Below, piece after piece: positions 1 to 14,600 of a stretch of DNA of 64,000 nucleotides (position 1 is the stretch's first letter; each line of letters starts with the position of its first letter). This stretch comes from Octopus vulgaris. Lineage: Eukaryota. Position numbers and translations under genes: made by a program. The notes beneath the pieces were generated by a model. That model searched no databases. It was not told the origin of the DNA and saw nothing but the letters and a program-made list of their open reading frames with translations. Where the stretch lies: NCBI GenBank assembly GCA_951406725.2, contig OX597825.1, positions 44,950,001 to 45,014,000 on the forward strand. The letters run 5' to 3'.

Positions 1-460
1 AGTCAGGCAGTACTGGCAATGGCCACACTCAAACAGTGTTTTTTATGTGCTACCTGCACAGGAGCCAGTCCAGCAGCACTGGCAACGACCTCGTTCGAAT
101 ATTGTTTTTCACATGCCAGTAAAGCGACGCTGGTAACGATCACGCTCAAATGGTGCTTTTTACATACCACTAGCATGGGAGCCAGTCAGTGGCCCTGGCA
201 GTGATCATGCTTGGATGGTGCTCATAGAGCTCCACTAGCACGGATGCCAGTCATGCAGTGCTGTCATCAAATTTGATTTCAATTTCGATTTCCCTTGCCT
301 CAACAGGTCTTCACAAGCAGAGTTTAGTGTCCAATGAAGGAAAGGTACACATAAGTGGGTTAGTTACACTTGGCTTGCCGGGTCTTCTCAAGCACAGTAT
401 ATTTCCAATGGTCTCAGTCACTAGCCATTGCCTAAAATCAGTCATTGGTTACAGTCATTA
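1..460 (-). repeat. 3' UTR-derived repeat of an RTE-type LINE (array of ~55-bp subrepeats)
   Basis: Reverse complement of the GCCAGTGGCACGTAAAAAGCACC-type subrepeats that follow the RTE ORF at 51680-52100; also seen at 4215-4690. Confidence 0.65.
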
Positions 461-533
461 GAACCAAGGGTACACAAAAGTAGCTTAAACATGATCAGTT
501 ATACAAACATGCACACACGCACACACACACACA

Positions 534-572
<39 letters not shown>

Positions 573-1427
573 GGTTATGGAGCTAGAGGGGATGACAATG
601 ATTTTGATGACGATAAATATTAAAGATTATTCATTTTTAAAGAATACTATTCAGATGAAAATATAATAACTTTCCCAACAGGGTGGTCATATTAGAAAGT
701 GTCTTGGTTTATATAGTGACCATTTGAGCAATACTCTGTCATCTTAGCCATCTTATAATATATATCACAAGGAAAACATCAACAATGGTGAAACTTACAA
801 GATTAAGTCATCTCTTCAATTCCAGAAAAAATATATCCAAAGAGTTCACTCCATTAATATTTTATTTATTGACCAAACCCAACAACTCCAACATCATATC
901 CATACAAATGTTAGTCCTACTGAGCTCAACATCACACCACCACATCCACTGACATCAAATTTATCCACCATTAACATCACTATCATCACATCTAGGAACT
1001 TCACCCATCACCTCACCACTTTCTACATATTTACAATTCACGACAGACTCTTACCTTGATGTCATAGCCAATGCCATGAGCTCGGCACATTTGGAAAAAT
1101 ACACTATAGTGGATGATTGATAAATTCGAATGATACAACTTTGTACTCAACACACCATACCGGTACTGCTTCTGAAAATCAATTATACAATATTTTAGAA
1201 ATTTTTTACAGCAAGCAGTGATAAATAAGTTTTTAGTAACTATAAATTTAAGGCAGTGTTTTTCACTCCAATCAAGTTAGCATACCAATCATGCATGCGT
1301 GCACATATATCCAGAAAGATATGCATGCATACATGTGCTTATTTTAGTTACAAATCTATATGCATATATAAGTGTGTGCATTAGTTAATGTAGATTTGTA
1401 CATCATAAATACAATATGTCTAAGTAC

Positions 1428-2489
1428 ATATCAATCTTCCTATAAGTTCTGTCCGATTTTACCTTTTTTAAAATTGAATGAAATTTAATAGTATTTTAGA
1501 ATGTCTAATGGAATTAAAAATTATTCTTATGCATTTGTGTACATTTAAACTAATTAAATATTATTTTACAGAATAACAGAATTTAAATTTCTTTGATTAA
1601 AACCCTTTCTAACATGGAAGTATCCAAAGAGCATTTGAGGCACATACCACTTTATGAGTACAAAAAAGGAAACTCTGCAGCCGAAGTGACTTGAAACATA
1701 CACTCAGTTTATAGGAAAGAATACTTGAATGAAAGAACTTGCAGAAGATGGTTTGCAAAATTCAGAAGTGGAGATTTCAGCCTTGAAGATGAAGATCGAA
1801 CAGGACATCTAGTTGAGTTTGATGATAAGCTCTTTGAGGCATTACTTGAAGAAAATCCTGCATTATCAGTTGAACAATTGGCAATAAAGCTTAGTTCAAA
1901 CCATACAACTGTTCATCATCATCTTCAACAACTTGGAAAGCTTCCTAAACTTTGAAAATGGGTGCCTCATGAATCGTCTGAAAGCAATCACAAATCCTGC
2001 ATTGATAGCTACTCTTCTCTCCATTCTTGCAAACTCATTTCACCCTTTTTGGATAGACTTGTGACTGGTGATGAAAAATGGATCTATCGACATGTTAAAT
2101 GTCATAAACAGTGGCTTGGTAGAAGGGAAAAAGCTCATCCACAACCGAGAAGGGAACTTCATGAAAAAAAGGTTCTTCTCTCTATCTGGTGGGATTGCAA
2201 AGGAGTAATTCACTTTGAATTGTTACCACTTAATGCAACAATCAATGCTCAAGTCTACTATCAGCAATTAGAGCATTTGAACCAAGCTTTGAAGAAAAAA
2301 AAGACCCGCTTTAGTGAATAGGAAAGGAGTGATGTTTCATCAGGACAATGCACGAACCCACACTGCAAAGATCACATCACAGAAGATCAAAGAGCTTGGT
2401 TGGGAAAAAATTCCTCATCCACCTTATTCTCCTGACCTTGCTCCTTCAGACTACCATTTGTTTCGTAGTTTACAGAATCATTTGGGGGA
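1428..2489 (+). mobile_element. mariner DNA transposon, degraded and 3'-truncated
   Basis: ATG at 1614 (MEVSKEHLRH...), then [45 protein letters not shown]; interrupted by stops and frameshifts; no right TIR seen. Confidence 0.93.
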
Positions 2490-2497
2490 CATATATG

Positions 2498-2700
2498 TAT
2501 CATCATCATCATTTAACGACTATTTTTCATGCTGGCATGGGTTGGACGGTTTGACTGGTGCTGACTGGCTGAAGAGCTGTTCAGGCTTCATGTTTGTTTC
2601 GGCATGGTTTCTATGGCTAGATATACTTCCTAATACCAACCACTTTACAGAGTGCATTGGGTGCTTTTATGCAGTACTGGCACAGGTGCTTTTTATGTAT
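2498..2700 (-). repeat. RTE-LINE/SINE 3' tail fragment with (GAT)n
   Basis: Reverse complement of CCAACCCATGCCAGCATGGAAA...GTTAAA(TGA)n, the same tail as at 52050-52100. Confidence 0.75.
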
Positions 2701-4214
2701 GTATATTATTATTACTATTGTCATCGTCATCGTCATTGTCATCATCATCATCATTGGACTCTCTTGTTTGACAGGATGTTTCCCAGGTAGCAGAATTTTG
2801 GTACAGCATTTAGAAAGGTATTTCAACCATGACAATAACATCTTGTTGTAGAGGATGACACATGAATCTATGTACATCATTACCATTTTAGTTTTAATGG
2901 TCACTTTTTCACACAAGGTAAAATAGGTGTGCCAAATATCATATAACCAATTGTCTCAATTATACATCATCATGTCTCAGTGATCCAAGATGCTGAAATT
3001 TAACTTCACTATTTCTTCCTATGTCTGATGTTCACCATCTCTTTGTGTGACATACATACTCATAATTATACAGTTACTCCACCATGTTGAATCATTCAAT
3101 GGTTATCAAATCTCTCAGCTCATCATGCAGTTCTACTCATTTTATGAAAGTTAAGGTTAAATCCAACAAATTTTAACCAACTCATTCTCTCCAACATTCA
3201 GTAACTGTGTGTCACCATTATGCAACATTATTTGCTTTATTACATACTTCAGCACCCAGGACTTCTACTCTCCTTCTAACTCTGGTTAATATATTTCCAA
3301 ACATCCCTAATACATTTAAGCTGTCTAGATAATGGAAAACACTAAACTAATAACATTTTTGAAAATTGTCATGCTGTAATGAAAATTTCTGCCAATGCAC
3401 TAGTTTATTAATGTCCACATCAATACAGTCTACATGTGAAAGACAAAGTGCTGTACATCAAATACTCATGTTTTATTTACTTCAATGCCTAAGCTACTAA
3501 GAATAATTAGAGAGAGCAACTTTAAAAATTCAGTGAAAAACTAGATATGATTAACAAAATAGAATGAGACAGAAGTATCTTAACAACAGAATATAACATC
3601 TAATTATCAGCTTTATATAACATAAAAAATATCAAGATATGACTGAATGTTTTGAGCCTAACAATAAATCAAAATGTAAAAATATTGTCAGAGTGATTTT
3701 TAATGTAGCTATATCTGAGTCTATAATTTTAGCTAAAGCTAAATATCTTAAAGAGAAAATAAATGAAAGGTTTCAAATATTTTATCCTGATTTTGTTAAT
3801 CAGGTTGCAATACATCAAATTTTATAACATTGATTCCAAACACAACAGATTAAAATGATACCTGCTATGTTTAGTAGAGAAATATAACATTCTGATGAGA
3901 TGTTGAACAAAATGCATGTGATGGTTTCAAAATGAAAACCTGTAAATAAGCCTACATACTAAATAATCTTTAACTACAAGCCAAATATCATCCTATATAT
4001 ACTGAGATGAGTTAAAATCATATTAATAACAATACAAAAGTAATCTCCACAAAATTAGTACACCAACCAATAACAGACTACTTGTTATACATACAATAGG
4101 ATAGTATTTTAAACGCTACTTATCCCCTAATAACAGAAGTTAAAAGCATCATTTTTCATCAGACCTGGCCATGGAAAATATATTGAATCCCAAGAGTTTT
4201 TAAACAATACAATT

Positions 4215-4690
4215 TCATCAGGTGTTAAATCGAAATCAAATTTGATGACTAGCATCCGGGCTAGTGGAGTGCTAAGAGTACCATACGAGTGTGATTGTTG
4301 CCAGTGGCACGTAAAAAACACCATTCAAGCATGATCGTTACTTGCTTCGCCTTACTGGCACTTATGCTGGTGGCACATAAAAAAAACATTCGAGCGAGGT
4401 CATTGCCAGTGCCGCTGGACTGGCTACTGTGCGGGTGGCACATAACAAGCACCATTTGAGCGTGGCCGTTGCCAGTACCACCTGACTGGCCCTCATGCCA
4501 GTGGCACGTAAAAGCACCCACTGCACTCTCGGAGTGGTTGGCATTAGGAAGGGCATCTAGCTGTAGAAACTCTGCCAGATCAGATTGGAGTTTGGTGCAG
4601 CCATCTGGTTTGCCAGACCTCAGTCAAATCGTCCAACCCATGCTAGCATGGAAAGTAGACGTTAAACGATGATGATGATGATGATGATAA
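4215..4690 (+). repeat. RTE-LINE 3' UTR and tail
   Basis: About five subrepeats, then GGAAGGGCATC...CCAACCCATGCTAGCATGGAAA...GTTAAAC(GAT)n. Confidence 0.75.
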
Positions 4691-5179
4691 TGGAAAACTT
4701 AGAACAGCAATTCTATGAAGCCTTAGTCTGAGCAAGTAATTAGATTCTGTTACATGAACTGAATCTGTTTCTCTCTCTCTATTTCACTATGTCTCTCTCT
4801 CTCTCTCTCTTTATTTCACTCTGTCTCTCTCTCCCTCTTTTGATTACCACTCGCCTCGCCAAGACTTCCACCAGCACCACCACATATAAACCAGTGCACG
4901 CAGAAGATGCTCTCCTCTAAACTTCCTAGTTCGAGGTGTGCCCGCCCTCCCACCCCTCCACCTGTACCGGAAGTTCCTATTGTTCCTATCCTTTGTCATC
5001 CTTGGGTTACTTCACATGAACAATTCTATAGGCTTTACGCCATCCTCACCCCTAATTAGGGCTATCTCTTATGTTAGGTAATGATCATATAGAGCAAAAA
5101 AGTGTAGTGTATGCAGGTTGAACTGAAGGCTATTGTATTGTTTGTTTATGAATTCTGCCAAATGCGTGTTTTCTTTTCA

Positions 5180-7465
5180 GGTACATGAAGCCACTGTCCT
5201 TTGTCTCAGGGTCTCACGGGCCTATACCTCCCACACCCTCAGGGTTGGCACTCTCAATGTTAGCATACCAAAATCTAGGTCTGGTAAGATTGTTGAGATG
5301 CTTGAACGGAGATGTGTCGATATGTGCTGCACCCAAGAATTAAGGTGGAGAGGAGGTTCTGCTAGGTTCCTCACAGGCAAAGAACACAGGTATAAGATTT
5401 TCTGGGAGGGGAACACTGACAGGGTCAGGGGCGTGAGTATACTTCTCGCTGAAAAATGGGTAGATAAGGTAATTGAGGTAGTCAGAGTATGCGACAGAAT
5501 ACTTAAGATTAGATTAGTGCTTCACCATGGGTTAGCAACCATTATATCACCCTATACCCCACAGCCGGGGCAACCCGATGGACAGAAAGACCAATTCTAT
5601 GACACCCTACTGCAGACTACCTAGTTGAGAAATGACAGGGACCTTCACTTTGTGGCTGGTGACTTCAATGGACATGTTGGACAACATACAGAAGGCTTCC
5701 ATGGCGTACATGGAGGCTACGGTTATGGTTCCCACAACAAGGAGGGAACGAGGCTGCTGGAGTTCTGCGATGCAAATGAATTTATGGTTTGCAATACTAA
5801 CTTCAGGAAACATGCCAGTCACATAGTCACCTACCGATCGGGCCAACATACTAGCCAAATTGACTACATCCTTGTCAGAAAAAGGGAAAGATGGCTGCTT
5901 ATAAATGCTAAAATCTTCCAGGCGAAGAATGTACCCCACAACATAGACTGGTAGTTAGTGACTTTAGGATCAGGGCTAAGTGGATGCCCAGAAGATGACC
6001 AACATGGAGAAGAAGGGTCTGGAAGCTTAAAGATCCTGCGCATGGACAGAGATTTAGAGACATATTACTCGAAGCCTTTGAAGAAATAGATGGGGATATA
6101 GCTTCACACGGTGTAGAAGACAACTGGAGGTTTCTACGGCACAACCTGCTGAGAGCCAATGACCAGATCTGTGGATGGTGCAAAGTCCCCTCTTGATCCA
6201 AAATAACGTGGTGGTGGAACAATGTGGTTGACAGAGCTATTAGACAAAAGAAACAGGCTTGGAAGGACTGGAAGAATGGCGGTAGCAGGGAATTGTATCA
6301 GACTGCCAGAAGAGAAGCTAGGAGACAGGTTTATCTAGCCAGAGGGGAAGCAGATAAGAAAAAATTTGCCAATGTTCTGCGCCGTAAGGACTAAAGACTT
6401 GAGGTATTTCGCGTTGCAAGACAGTGTGTGAGAGAGAATCATGATGTTGTAGGAGATAAATGTGTATGCATGGATGATGGTTCTCTTGCACTAAATGGGG
6501 CTGCAAAGAGAGAGGTTTGGCGACACCACTATGAAAGGTTGCTCAATAAAGAAAATGAATGAGAGAAAGAGAGTCTGCCAAATGTCGACCCAACAGAGGG
6601 ACCAGCTATCCGAGTTGACAGTACCTTGGTAGATAAAGCAATTAAGAGTATGAAGACAGGGAAAGCCCCCGGTCCATCAGGAATTACTGCAGAGATGCTC
6701 AAAATATCTGGCAGTGTCGGCTATAGCTTAGTTACCCATATAGTTAACCAGGTGATACACAAAGGAGTCATACCCAATGACTGGTGTAGCAGCATAATAG
6801 TCAACTGCTACAAAGGTAAAGGTGACGCTTTAGATACAAATAATTACAGAGGTATCAAGCTGTTGGATCAGGTAATGAAGGTCATGGAGAGAGTCATAGC
6901 CCAACTAAATAGGGATGAGATGCAGCTTGGGTTCGTGCCAGGGAAAAGCACCACCGATGCCATATTTCTGGTAAGACAGCTGCAGGAAAAATACCTAGCC
7001 AAAGATAAGCCCCTGTACCTGGCTTTCATTAACATGGAGAAAGCCTTTGACAGGGTCCCCCAATCCCTTATCTGGTGGTCAATGAGGAAACTAGGGATAG
7101 ATGAATGGTTAATGAGAGCTGTACAAGCCATGTACAGGGACGCTGTCAGTAAGGTGAGAGTTCGCAATGAGTACAGTGTAGTTGGCAATGAGTACAGTGG
7201 ACCCCTACCTCAGGGTAGAGGTAGGGGTCCACCAAGGTTCAGTCCTCAGCCCTCTCCTATTTATCATAGTCCTCCAGGCAATAACAGAGGAATTTAAGAC
7301 AGGATGGCCCTGAGAGCTCCTCTATGCTGATGACCTTGCTCTAATTGCTGAGTCACTATCAGAACTAGAGGAGAAGTTTCAAGCGTGGAAACAAGGATTA
7401 TAATCAAAGGGCCTTAGAGTCAACCTAGCTAAAACCAAAGTCCTAATAAGTAGGAAGGCAGGTAA
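5180..7465 (+). mobile_element. RTE-clade LINE, degraded APE endonuclease + RT, 3'-truncated
   Basis: VGTLNV, TQELRW, VAGDFNGHVG, SQIDYILV, GKAPGPSGIT, NYRGIKLL, EKAFDRV, VHQGSVLSP, LLYADDL; many stops. Confidence 0.93.
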
Positions 7466-7776
7466 ATATCCTGCCCAAGCTTTTTCCACTTCTACTCTTA
7501 CATCATTGACAATGAAGTATTCCATATTAAAAGGAGGGATGTGTGGCTTGGATACTGACAACTGGAAAGAACAGTCCCCTCATAAAATGTCTCTCCTGAT
7601 GTTACTTGGACACAGCTGCCAATCTACTCTCTACTTCTTGATTAGAGTGCATAAGCTTTTCACCTTTTTTTTCCTTTCTGAACTAGAACCAGAATGAACT
7701 AGAATAGGTTGTTAAAAAAGCCCTTCTTTGCTTTAACCCTCTCTATCTCTCTCTCTCACCCTTTCTCTCTTTCTCT

Positions 7777-7813
<37 letters not shown>

Positions 7814-8927
7814 TTTTTCCAGATTGCAAATTTAAAGCAGTTTTTTTCAATAATTCTGAGCTCAGCTAGTTAAAACTGTTTTTCCCTTCATTTGCTTCTT
7901 TCACCCTTTCATCAGTTGTTTTAGCTCTTTTCTCAATTCAGTGATTTGATACTACCCCTTACTGAGACCATGCAGTTTCTAAATTTTTTTTCCTTCATGC
8001 CAATGGTATTTTGATATGCCTGGAACACAACTTGCTTCATGGTCCTTATCTTCCTGGTTACATCACTTTTCCGAATATTGTCCAAGATAATGTGAAGATC
8101 CTGATTCAACTGAGCTCATCTTCGATATGCCACTGGTGGCAAATTCAGCTATGATATCTTCTTAAAATCTTCTGGTTCTTCCTACACTCTGAGGAAGTTG
8201 ATCAGAAAGATCATAGATACTGTGGTTTGCCACCTTGCCCCAGTCTGCCCCCCCAATTGACAAGCCATTCTAATACTCTAGGTGGTAGCAGGTGTTTTGC
8301 AGTGTTGTAGTTTCTCTTAGCACTTAGCTTTGCTTTGATGAGTTTTCATACTATGTTCACTCTTGAATATTCTACCACAAATGTTGCATCTCTTAGTTTT
8401 ACCCTCCTGTCCTGCTACATCCAATCTTGTAGTCCAAACATACCCCTTCACTTTCCCCCTCTCTACTCTCCTTTTGTACTTCCATGAACTACCAGCTCAC
8501 TCACCCCCCCCCCCCCAATACTCTGTATAACTCCACCTCTGTTCCCTATCTTTTACCTTGACAGTACACCGTGACACATGTTCACCACCAAATTCTACGA
8601 TCCTCTTTCTCTCTAACTGGGGTATCCAAGTATCTCTTCCACAGCAAGACATCTGTTTCTGTCCTCCTATCATAGTTTGACCTCTCATCAATTACCTCCT
8701 TCAATACCACTCCCCTCTCAGTTGAGGTGTCTTTATCATTCAAATAGTAAAGTAAAAGGAGGTATGAGAAAGTTTAATTTTCCATAATAGATGGATGGAT
8801 GGATATAAAAGTTTTGAAGGTTCATGGATGTAAGAGATTAAGGATATATAAAAAGTTTGTGGATATAGAGGTAGATATAAAAGTAAATAGGTAGATAAAT
8901 AAGTAGACAGACAGAAAGGCAGGTCAA

Positions 8928-9021
8928 TGGATGGATAAATGGATGGATGGATGGATGGATGGATGGATGGATGGATGTGTGGATGGATGGAGGGATGGAT
9001 GGAGGGATGGATGGATGGATG

Positions 9022-9083
<62 letters not shown>
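8928..9083. repeat. (GGAT)n-(AGAT)n compound microsatellite
   Basis: Directly visible. Confidence 0.95.
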
Positions 9084-9084
<1 letters not shown>

Positions 9085-9269
9085 TAGCCTAAATGTGACA
9101 TGTGACTTGTAGAGAGCCTTGTTACTGGGTGTTATAGCTTATCTTGTTAGCACTTTTTAGTCAACTATTTTTCATTAGACATTCTTAATTCTTATTTGTT
9201 CTTGTTCTATGCTGATGATGGCTATTATTAGCACTGGTTAATGATCCTGGAAGCAAGAGATGTATTTCC

Positions 9270-9560
9270 ATGCATCCAACTCATTATGGCAGTTCAGGAT
9301 AGGTGCCTTCTTCTTAATGAAGTGTACTTCTATGATTCTGAGGTTAACTGCATCTGTCTCCTGGCTAGTATCCAGGTGGAGAAATTCCCATCATAATGTT
9401 GGTGGTGTTGAAACATGGTGTTGGGTGGTGTGGCCTTGTGGAGATGTTCCTTCACTCTAAGGTGAAATTGTCTTCTGGTTGATCCTATGTATGTTGTTCC
9501 ATAAGAGCACATCATTTGGTACACCACATTGGATTTAAAACACAGCCAGATGCTATCCAT
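9270..9560 (-). pseudogene. GIY-YIG endonuclease fragment of a Penelope-like element
   Basis: SNVVYQMMCSYGTTYIGSTRRQFHLRVKEH matches the VVY..C...YIG.T.R...R..EH pattern. Confidence 0.75.
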
Positions 9561-9818
9561 TAGCTGTATCATTCTGATTGGACAGTGATTTAGGCAGTAT
9601 GCATTCAGCATGTTATTGGTGTGCGAATGCAAGTCTAAGCATGTGGCCCCATCTTTTGTGTGTGTGTGTGTGTACATATATATGCAGGCAATGTGATTAA
9701 GAAGTTCCTTTGTCAACTACATGGTCTCAACGTTAGTTCTATTGCAGCACCTTAGACATGTGTTTTCTACTATAGCTTCAGGTCAGCTCTGAGTGAATAA
9801 ATTAGATATATACATGTG

Positions 9819-9873
<55 letters not shown>

Positions 9874-9984
9874 TTATATTTTCCAGTTTACATGAAAAAG
9901 CAGTTGATAATTCTATCAACAAAGTGTCTTCTAGCTCAATGCTTTCAAAGAGTAGTGGAATGAAAATTCTCATACTTGAACATA

Positions 9985-11283
9985 TGAGATGGTATCAAAA
10001 GGTTCCTGGACTAATTATGTTTAACAAAAAATAACTTATTTACATAGGCGCAGGAGTAGCTGTGTGGTAAGTAGCTTGCTTACCAACCACACGGTTCCAG
10101 GTTCAGTCCCACTACATGGCACCTTGGGCAAGTGTCTTCTACTATAGCCTCAGGCCGACTAAAGCCTTGTGAGCGGATTTGGTAGACGGAAACTGAAAGA
10201 AGCCTGTTGTATATGTGTATATATATATGTATGTGTGTGTATGTGTGTATGTATATATTTGTGTGTCTGTGATTGTCCCTCCAACATCGCTTGACAACCG
10301 ATGCTGGTGTGCTTACACCCCCGTAACTTAGCAGTAAAATACGTACTAGGCTGGAGTTGATTTCTTCGACTAAAGGCGGTGCTCCAGCATGGCCACAGTC
10401 AAATGACTGAAACAAGTAAAGGAGTAAAAGAGATATGTTTTAACATCCTCTCCTTTGAAATAGGCACCTTGCTCAGCAATACACTGGTCTCAGCACTCCT
10501 GCCACTTTTGGAGTCTAGCCTGGAAGTCATTTTCCATAAGCAGGTCAAGGATCTTCTTTAATTTGTTCTGAATCTTGGAAACATATTAAAATCACAACCT
10601 TTCAGCTTCATTTTCATCTTGGGGAAGAGATGGGAGCCTCCAGGTCCTAAATCTGGTGAATAGGCCAGGTGCATTAGCAATACCTTGTTGTTTATAGTGA
10701 GAGACTCATAAGTGAGGAGAGCATGGTGACAGGGTGCATTGTCATCATGAAGAACCCAATTCTTCGCACCTCACAGATCTGGTCACTTTTACCAAACGTC
10801 CTCCCTCAAATGCTTGAAAACATCACAGTAGAACTCTCAGTTGATGGTCTGGCCCTGAGAGACGAATTCCCAATGCACAATACTACATTCCCAGGGCTGA
10901 CATTTGTGGCAGATCTTCCAGATTGTTCATCATCTTCCAGAGACATTCTTCCACTTATGAATCATTTGAATCATTGCATACAATCCATTGTCCCATTACT
11001 ATAAACTTGTCAAAGCATGCTCAATGTATCTGTAGCTGACTTCTCAAGTTAAACACAAAATTTTACAATGGCTCTTTATTCCTGTCCATGACAAAATCAC
11101 AGACTACAGCATACATGTGATCACAATAGCATAAATTTCACAACTTGTAAAGTAAACACTGTGATGTCACTCAGCACACTGCCTCATGAAGGTCACTGCT
11201 AGTTCTCACTGTGCATACAACAGCATGCTGCCATCTGTTGGCACACTAAAGAACTAGTCAGGGAACTTTATGATACTAACTTG
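9985..11283 (-). mobile_element. Internally deleted mariner with degenerate ~29-bp TIRs; SINE inserted
   Basis: TIRs tgagatggtatcaaaaggttcctggacta and tagtcagggaactttatgatactaacttg, flanked by TA; minus-strand VLHDDNAPCH and AYSPDLGP. Confidence 0.85.
10047..10431 (+). mobile_element. tRNA-derived SINE (major family in this window)
   Basis: Head GGCGCAGGAGTAGCTGTGTGGTAAG (A box)...GGTTCAGTCCC (B-box-like), internal (TA/TG)n, tail CAGCATGGCCACAGTCAAATGACTGAAACAAGTAAA. Confidence 0.88.
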
Positions 11284-11612
11284 TACAAGTAAAGATTAGC
11301 AACAGGAAAGGCATCTGGTTATAGAATAATTCAGTAATATATAATAATTAATGTTAACATCGAAAAATTAACATAAAACAAATGAATACACACATGGCAG
11401 CACATTGTAAACTTGTAAAAATAGTCTACTTATCTGAAATGAATACTAACTGAATGTTGCTGCAACCCACTCTCCCTAAGACAGTAAAAATGCTGCATGT
11501 TCCTCTCCTCTCAACTACATAATTAATGACAGCATCAAGCAGGGCACTGAGTCATTCTCAAGTGAAGGTTATCGTATATAAATATATAAACATAGATACA
11601 CACACCTACAGG

Positions 11613-14600
11613 CAGTGGCAGATCTACAATATTGGGTGCCTGAAGCTTAAAATGTTATGTGAGCACCCTTTACCATCAGCAACAGTAGGGTAACATCCAA
11701 CAAAGGTCAAAAAATTTTCATTCCCTTGCAAGGAACTCCAGCATGAGGCCCTGATAACCCAAATAGTGGAGTTGTGATGTGGAGTCCTTAAAAATGAGTC
11801 TGAAAGTGAGCCCTCTTTCCACCAGAAATGAGGTGTGGGTAATCACCAATATCTTTGTTGATGTGGTTGTTCCATGGTAGATCAATACAAATATTTTCCA
11901 GGTTATGTCTTATACTTTTAGAGTTATGGGGGTTGATAATTAAGGAAGTGTTATATACATGCATCCTTAAGATACATATGAAAATTACAAAATACTCTTT
12001 TTTTCTGTTTTTTGTAACAACAGTTTTGTCATATGACAGCTTCTTTGCAATGTCATTTTCTAGAGACAATATGCATAAGTGCTCTTCAGTCATGGTAGAC
12101 TGAAATTTATTCTTTACAAAGGAAAGCTCTGAAGAACCCATTTCTGCTTCATACCTCATTTTAAGGCATTGTCAAGTACAGCATATGTGCAGTGGTAATA
12201 TTAGGGGATACTTCAATTAATTGTTGCTCATAAATAAGCTGAAGAACTTATGTGCATTGCATTTTAGATGGTGTGTTTTCTCCTGTATTCCAGGATTTCC
12301 TAAGGCATAAATACTCTTTGAACTGATAACACTCATTAATTTGTGGTCAATATAATCTTTGTAATGCGATATTATAAGTTTGATACTGTTCTCATCAAAT
12401 TCGCAGTCTGCTCATATGGGTCCATCCTCTTGCTTAACTGGATTATCAAGCAATCATAGACTTGATTTAGAACTTCTTTCCTAAATTTTCAGCCTCTTTC
12501 AAAGATGCTCTATCACTTGTTCTATCTGTGAATTTCTTTGAAACAATGTGTTTGGAAACATCAGAATAATTTGAGATGATATATTCACATAAACCTTTTC
12601 ATAAACCAATTCATAGTGTGCAATCCTGTTGGCTGAATTTTCTTGTAGTTTTTTAACAAATGAAAGCAAAGATGCTAGCAGAAGGTAACCTTCGAATACA
12701 TTAGAACCAGAGGTTTGGAGTTTCTTACTTATTTTGTTAAAATGCTCCATTACTTCTTCCCAAACGACGGTTAAAACAGCATATTCCAATTTTACCAACT
12801 TGTGGTATAAATTCTTTGCATCTCGCTTACATTCAGGCTTCTCTTCATGTTTGAGAGTCTGTAAAAATATCCCTGTATCCATTTTTAATTGCCCAGACTG
12901 CTTCATAGCGTGCAGACCATCTATCTACACTTAGGCTCTTTAGAGAAAAGGCTAGATTGCTCCATGTGTTCAAAATCCCCCATCTTTGAGGAGATTCAGA
13001 AAAGAAAATGCAGCTGCTGCAAGATGCCAGAATAGTCAACAACTTCAGGTACAGTAGACACTGCCTTTAAACTATCAAAGTTGAGTGAATGGCTTGCACA
13101 TGGTACATAATCTGCAAACCTGTTAATGTTTTTAAGAAGTGCTTGCAGCCCTTTTTCCAATCCCTTCATGTTGGAAGCATTATTATATGACTGACCATAG
13201 ATATTTTCAAGTGAAAGCTTATGCTCCCCCAGAAATTGTTATTTTGTTGAACAAGGTCATGGATGAATGTTTTTCTATTGGTAAAAATGCTAAAAATCTC
13301 TTACAGGCTTTCCATTGTAACAGTATTGAACAACAATTACTAGCTGGTCAACATGTGTCATGTCAAGTGCAGAGTTGACAATAATTGAGTAGTATTTGAT
13401 ATCTAGAATGTTGATCTGATTCACCACTTCATCTTTCACATGTTTTCCCATAATTTCTTTCAAGTCTTCATACATTTGGATAGGTAAGTAAAATTTACTT
13501 TTTCATTTTTACATTTCTCTAAATGTTCATGTAAAAATGGGTCAAATTCCGCAATAAGATCAATGGCCCCCATGAAATTGCCATTGTTTGGGGAGCCTCA
13601 CATTTTTTCATGACCTCTAAATGCTAAACCTCTTTCACTTTTTAAGTATTTCGAAATAGTACTGCATGTTTTTTCCCAACTGTTCCTCAAGTTGTTGATC
13701 CACAGTGTTTTTATTTGACTCTCATTTTAGCCAGCTCAACATCACCCTGTTATGTTCCATGTTGTCTTCAAGATTTTCTAGAGTTCTGAGTATATTCATC
13801 CAATCAGAAAACCTACCCAATGTAAGTGACATTTGGAATTTAGAAAAGTGTTTGCTCTTTGAGTAAACTAAACAGGATCTCATCACAGTATGACCATTTT
13901 TCAATCTTTATTTCAAAGTACTTGTTTGAGAAACTTTGATTTTGCTGTTTGTAAATCCTTTTGGATTCAGTATATACATTATCTGCTTTTTTTTTTTATT
14001 TTGAAAAAAAACTGATGTCTTGCAATAAACAGTTTTGTATGAAATCATTATAAATTGTTACAGGCCAGTTTGCCAGGTCACTGTATTCTTTCAAATCACT
14101 AAATTTGCTTCCTGTTTCCTGTTTCTGCTCTTGCTTTTCTCTAAGTTCTTGACCACTATGATCATCATCTGCACAAAAAGTGTCAACAGTAAGTTGATTA
14201 TTGCTAAACAGAGCACTTATGGTTTGTGCACTATCATTGACTTCACTGGTGCTTGCACAGCTTCTTTCAGTTGCAAATGATGACAAACTTTTACTTGACA
14301 TTGTAAAATAGTTTGATAGTTTTTGACATCTAGAAATTTCATTAAATTGCTTTTCCTTGAGTTGGCATTTCTGGTATCCACTTAAGTACTTTCTTGCAAA
14401 CATTGCTATTCCTCTTGGGGCCTAAACCTCTGAGAAAAATAAATTGAGGTAATGTTTTCATTAGCCACAGCGAGACAGAGATCAATCAAGATAAGGGTTC
14501 ACAACTTAATATATAGTCATAAATGAAGAATTATTCATTTTGTACAAGGTGATATTCAAACAATTTTTAAGGTAGAAAAAATGCTTTGTTATTGAACAGA

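Noticed and set aside
3885-3935. CTGATGA...AAAA tgca as a hammerhead
   Set aside because: No convincing stem I or II, and GAAA is missing at the expected position
600-4200. Faint RT-like remnants at about 1050-1180 (plus) and 2790-3300 (minus)
   Set aside because: Too degraded to assign by eye
4215-4520. CRISPR-like periodic repeats
   Set aside because: Degenerate tandem units in a LINE 3' UTR in eukaryotic context, with no cas genes
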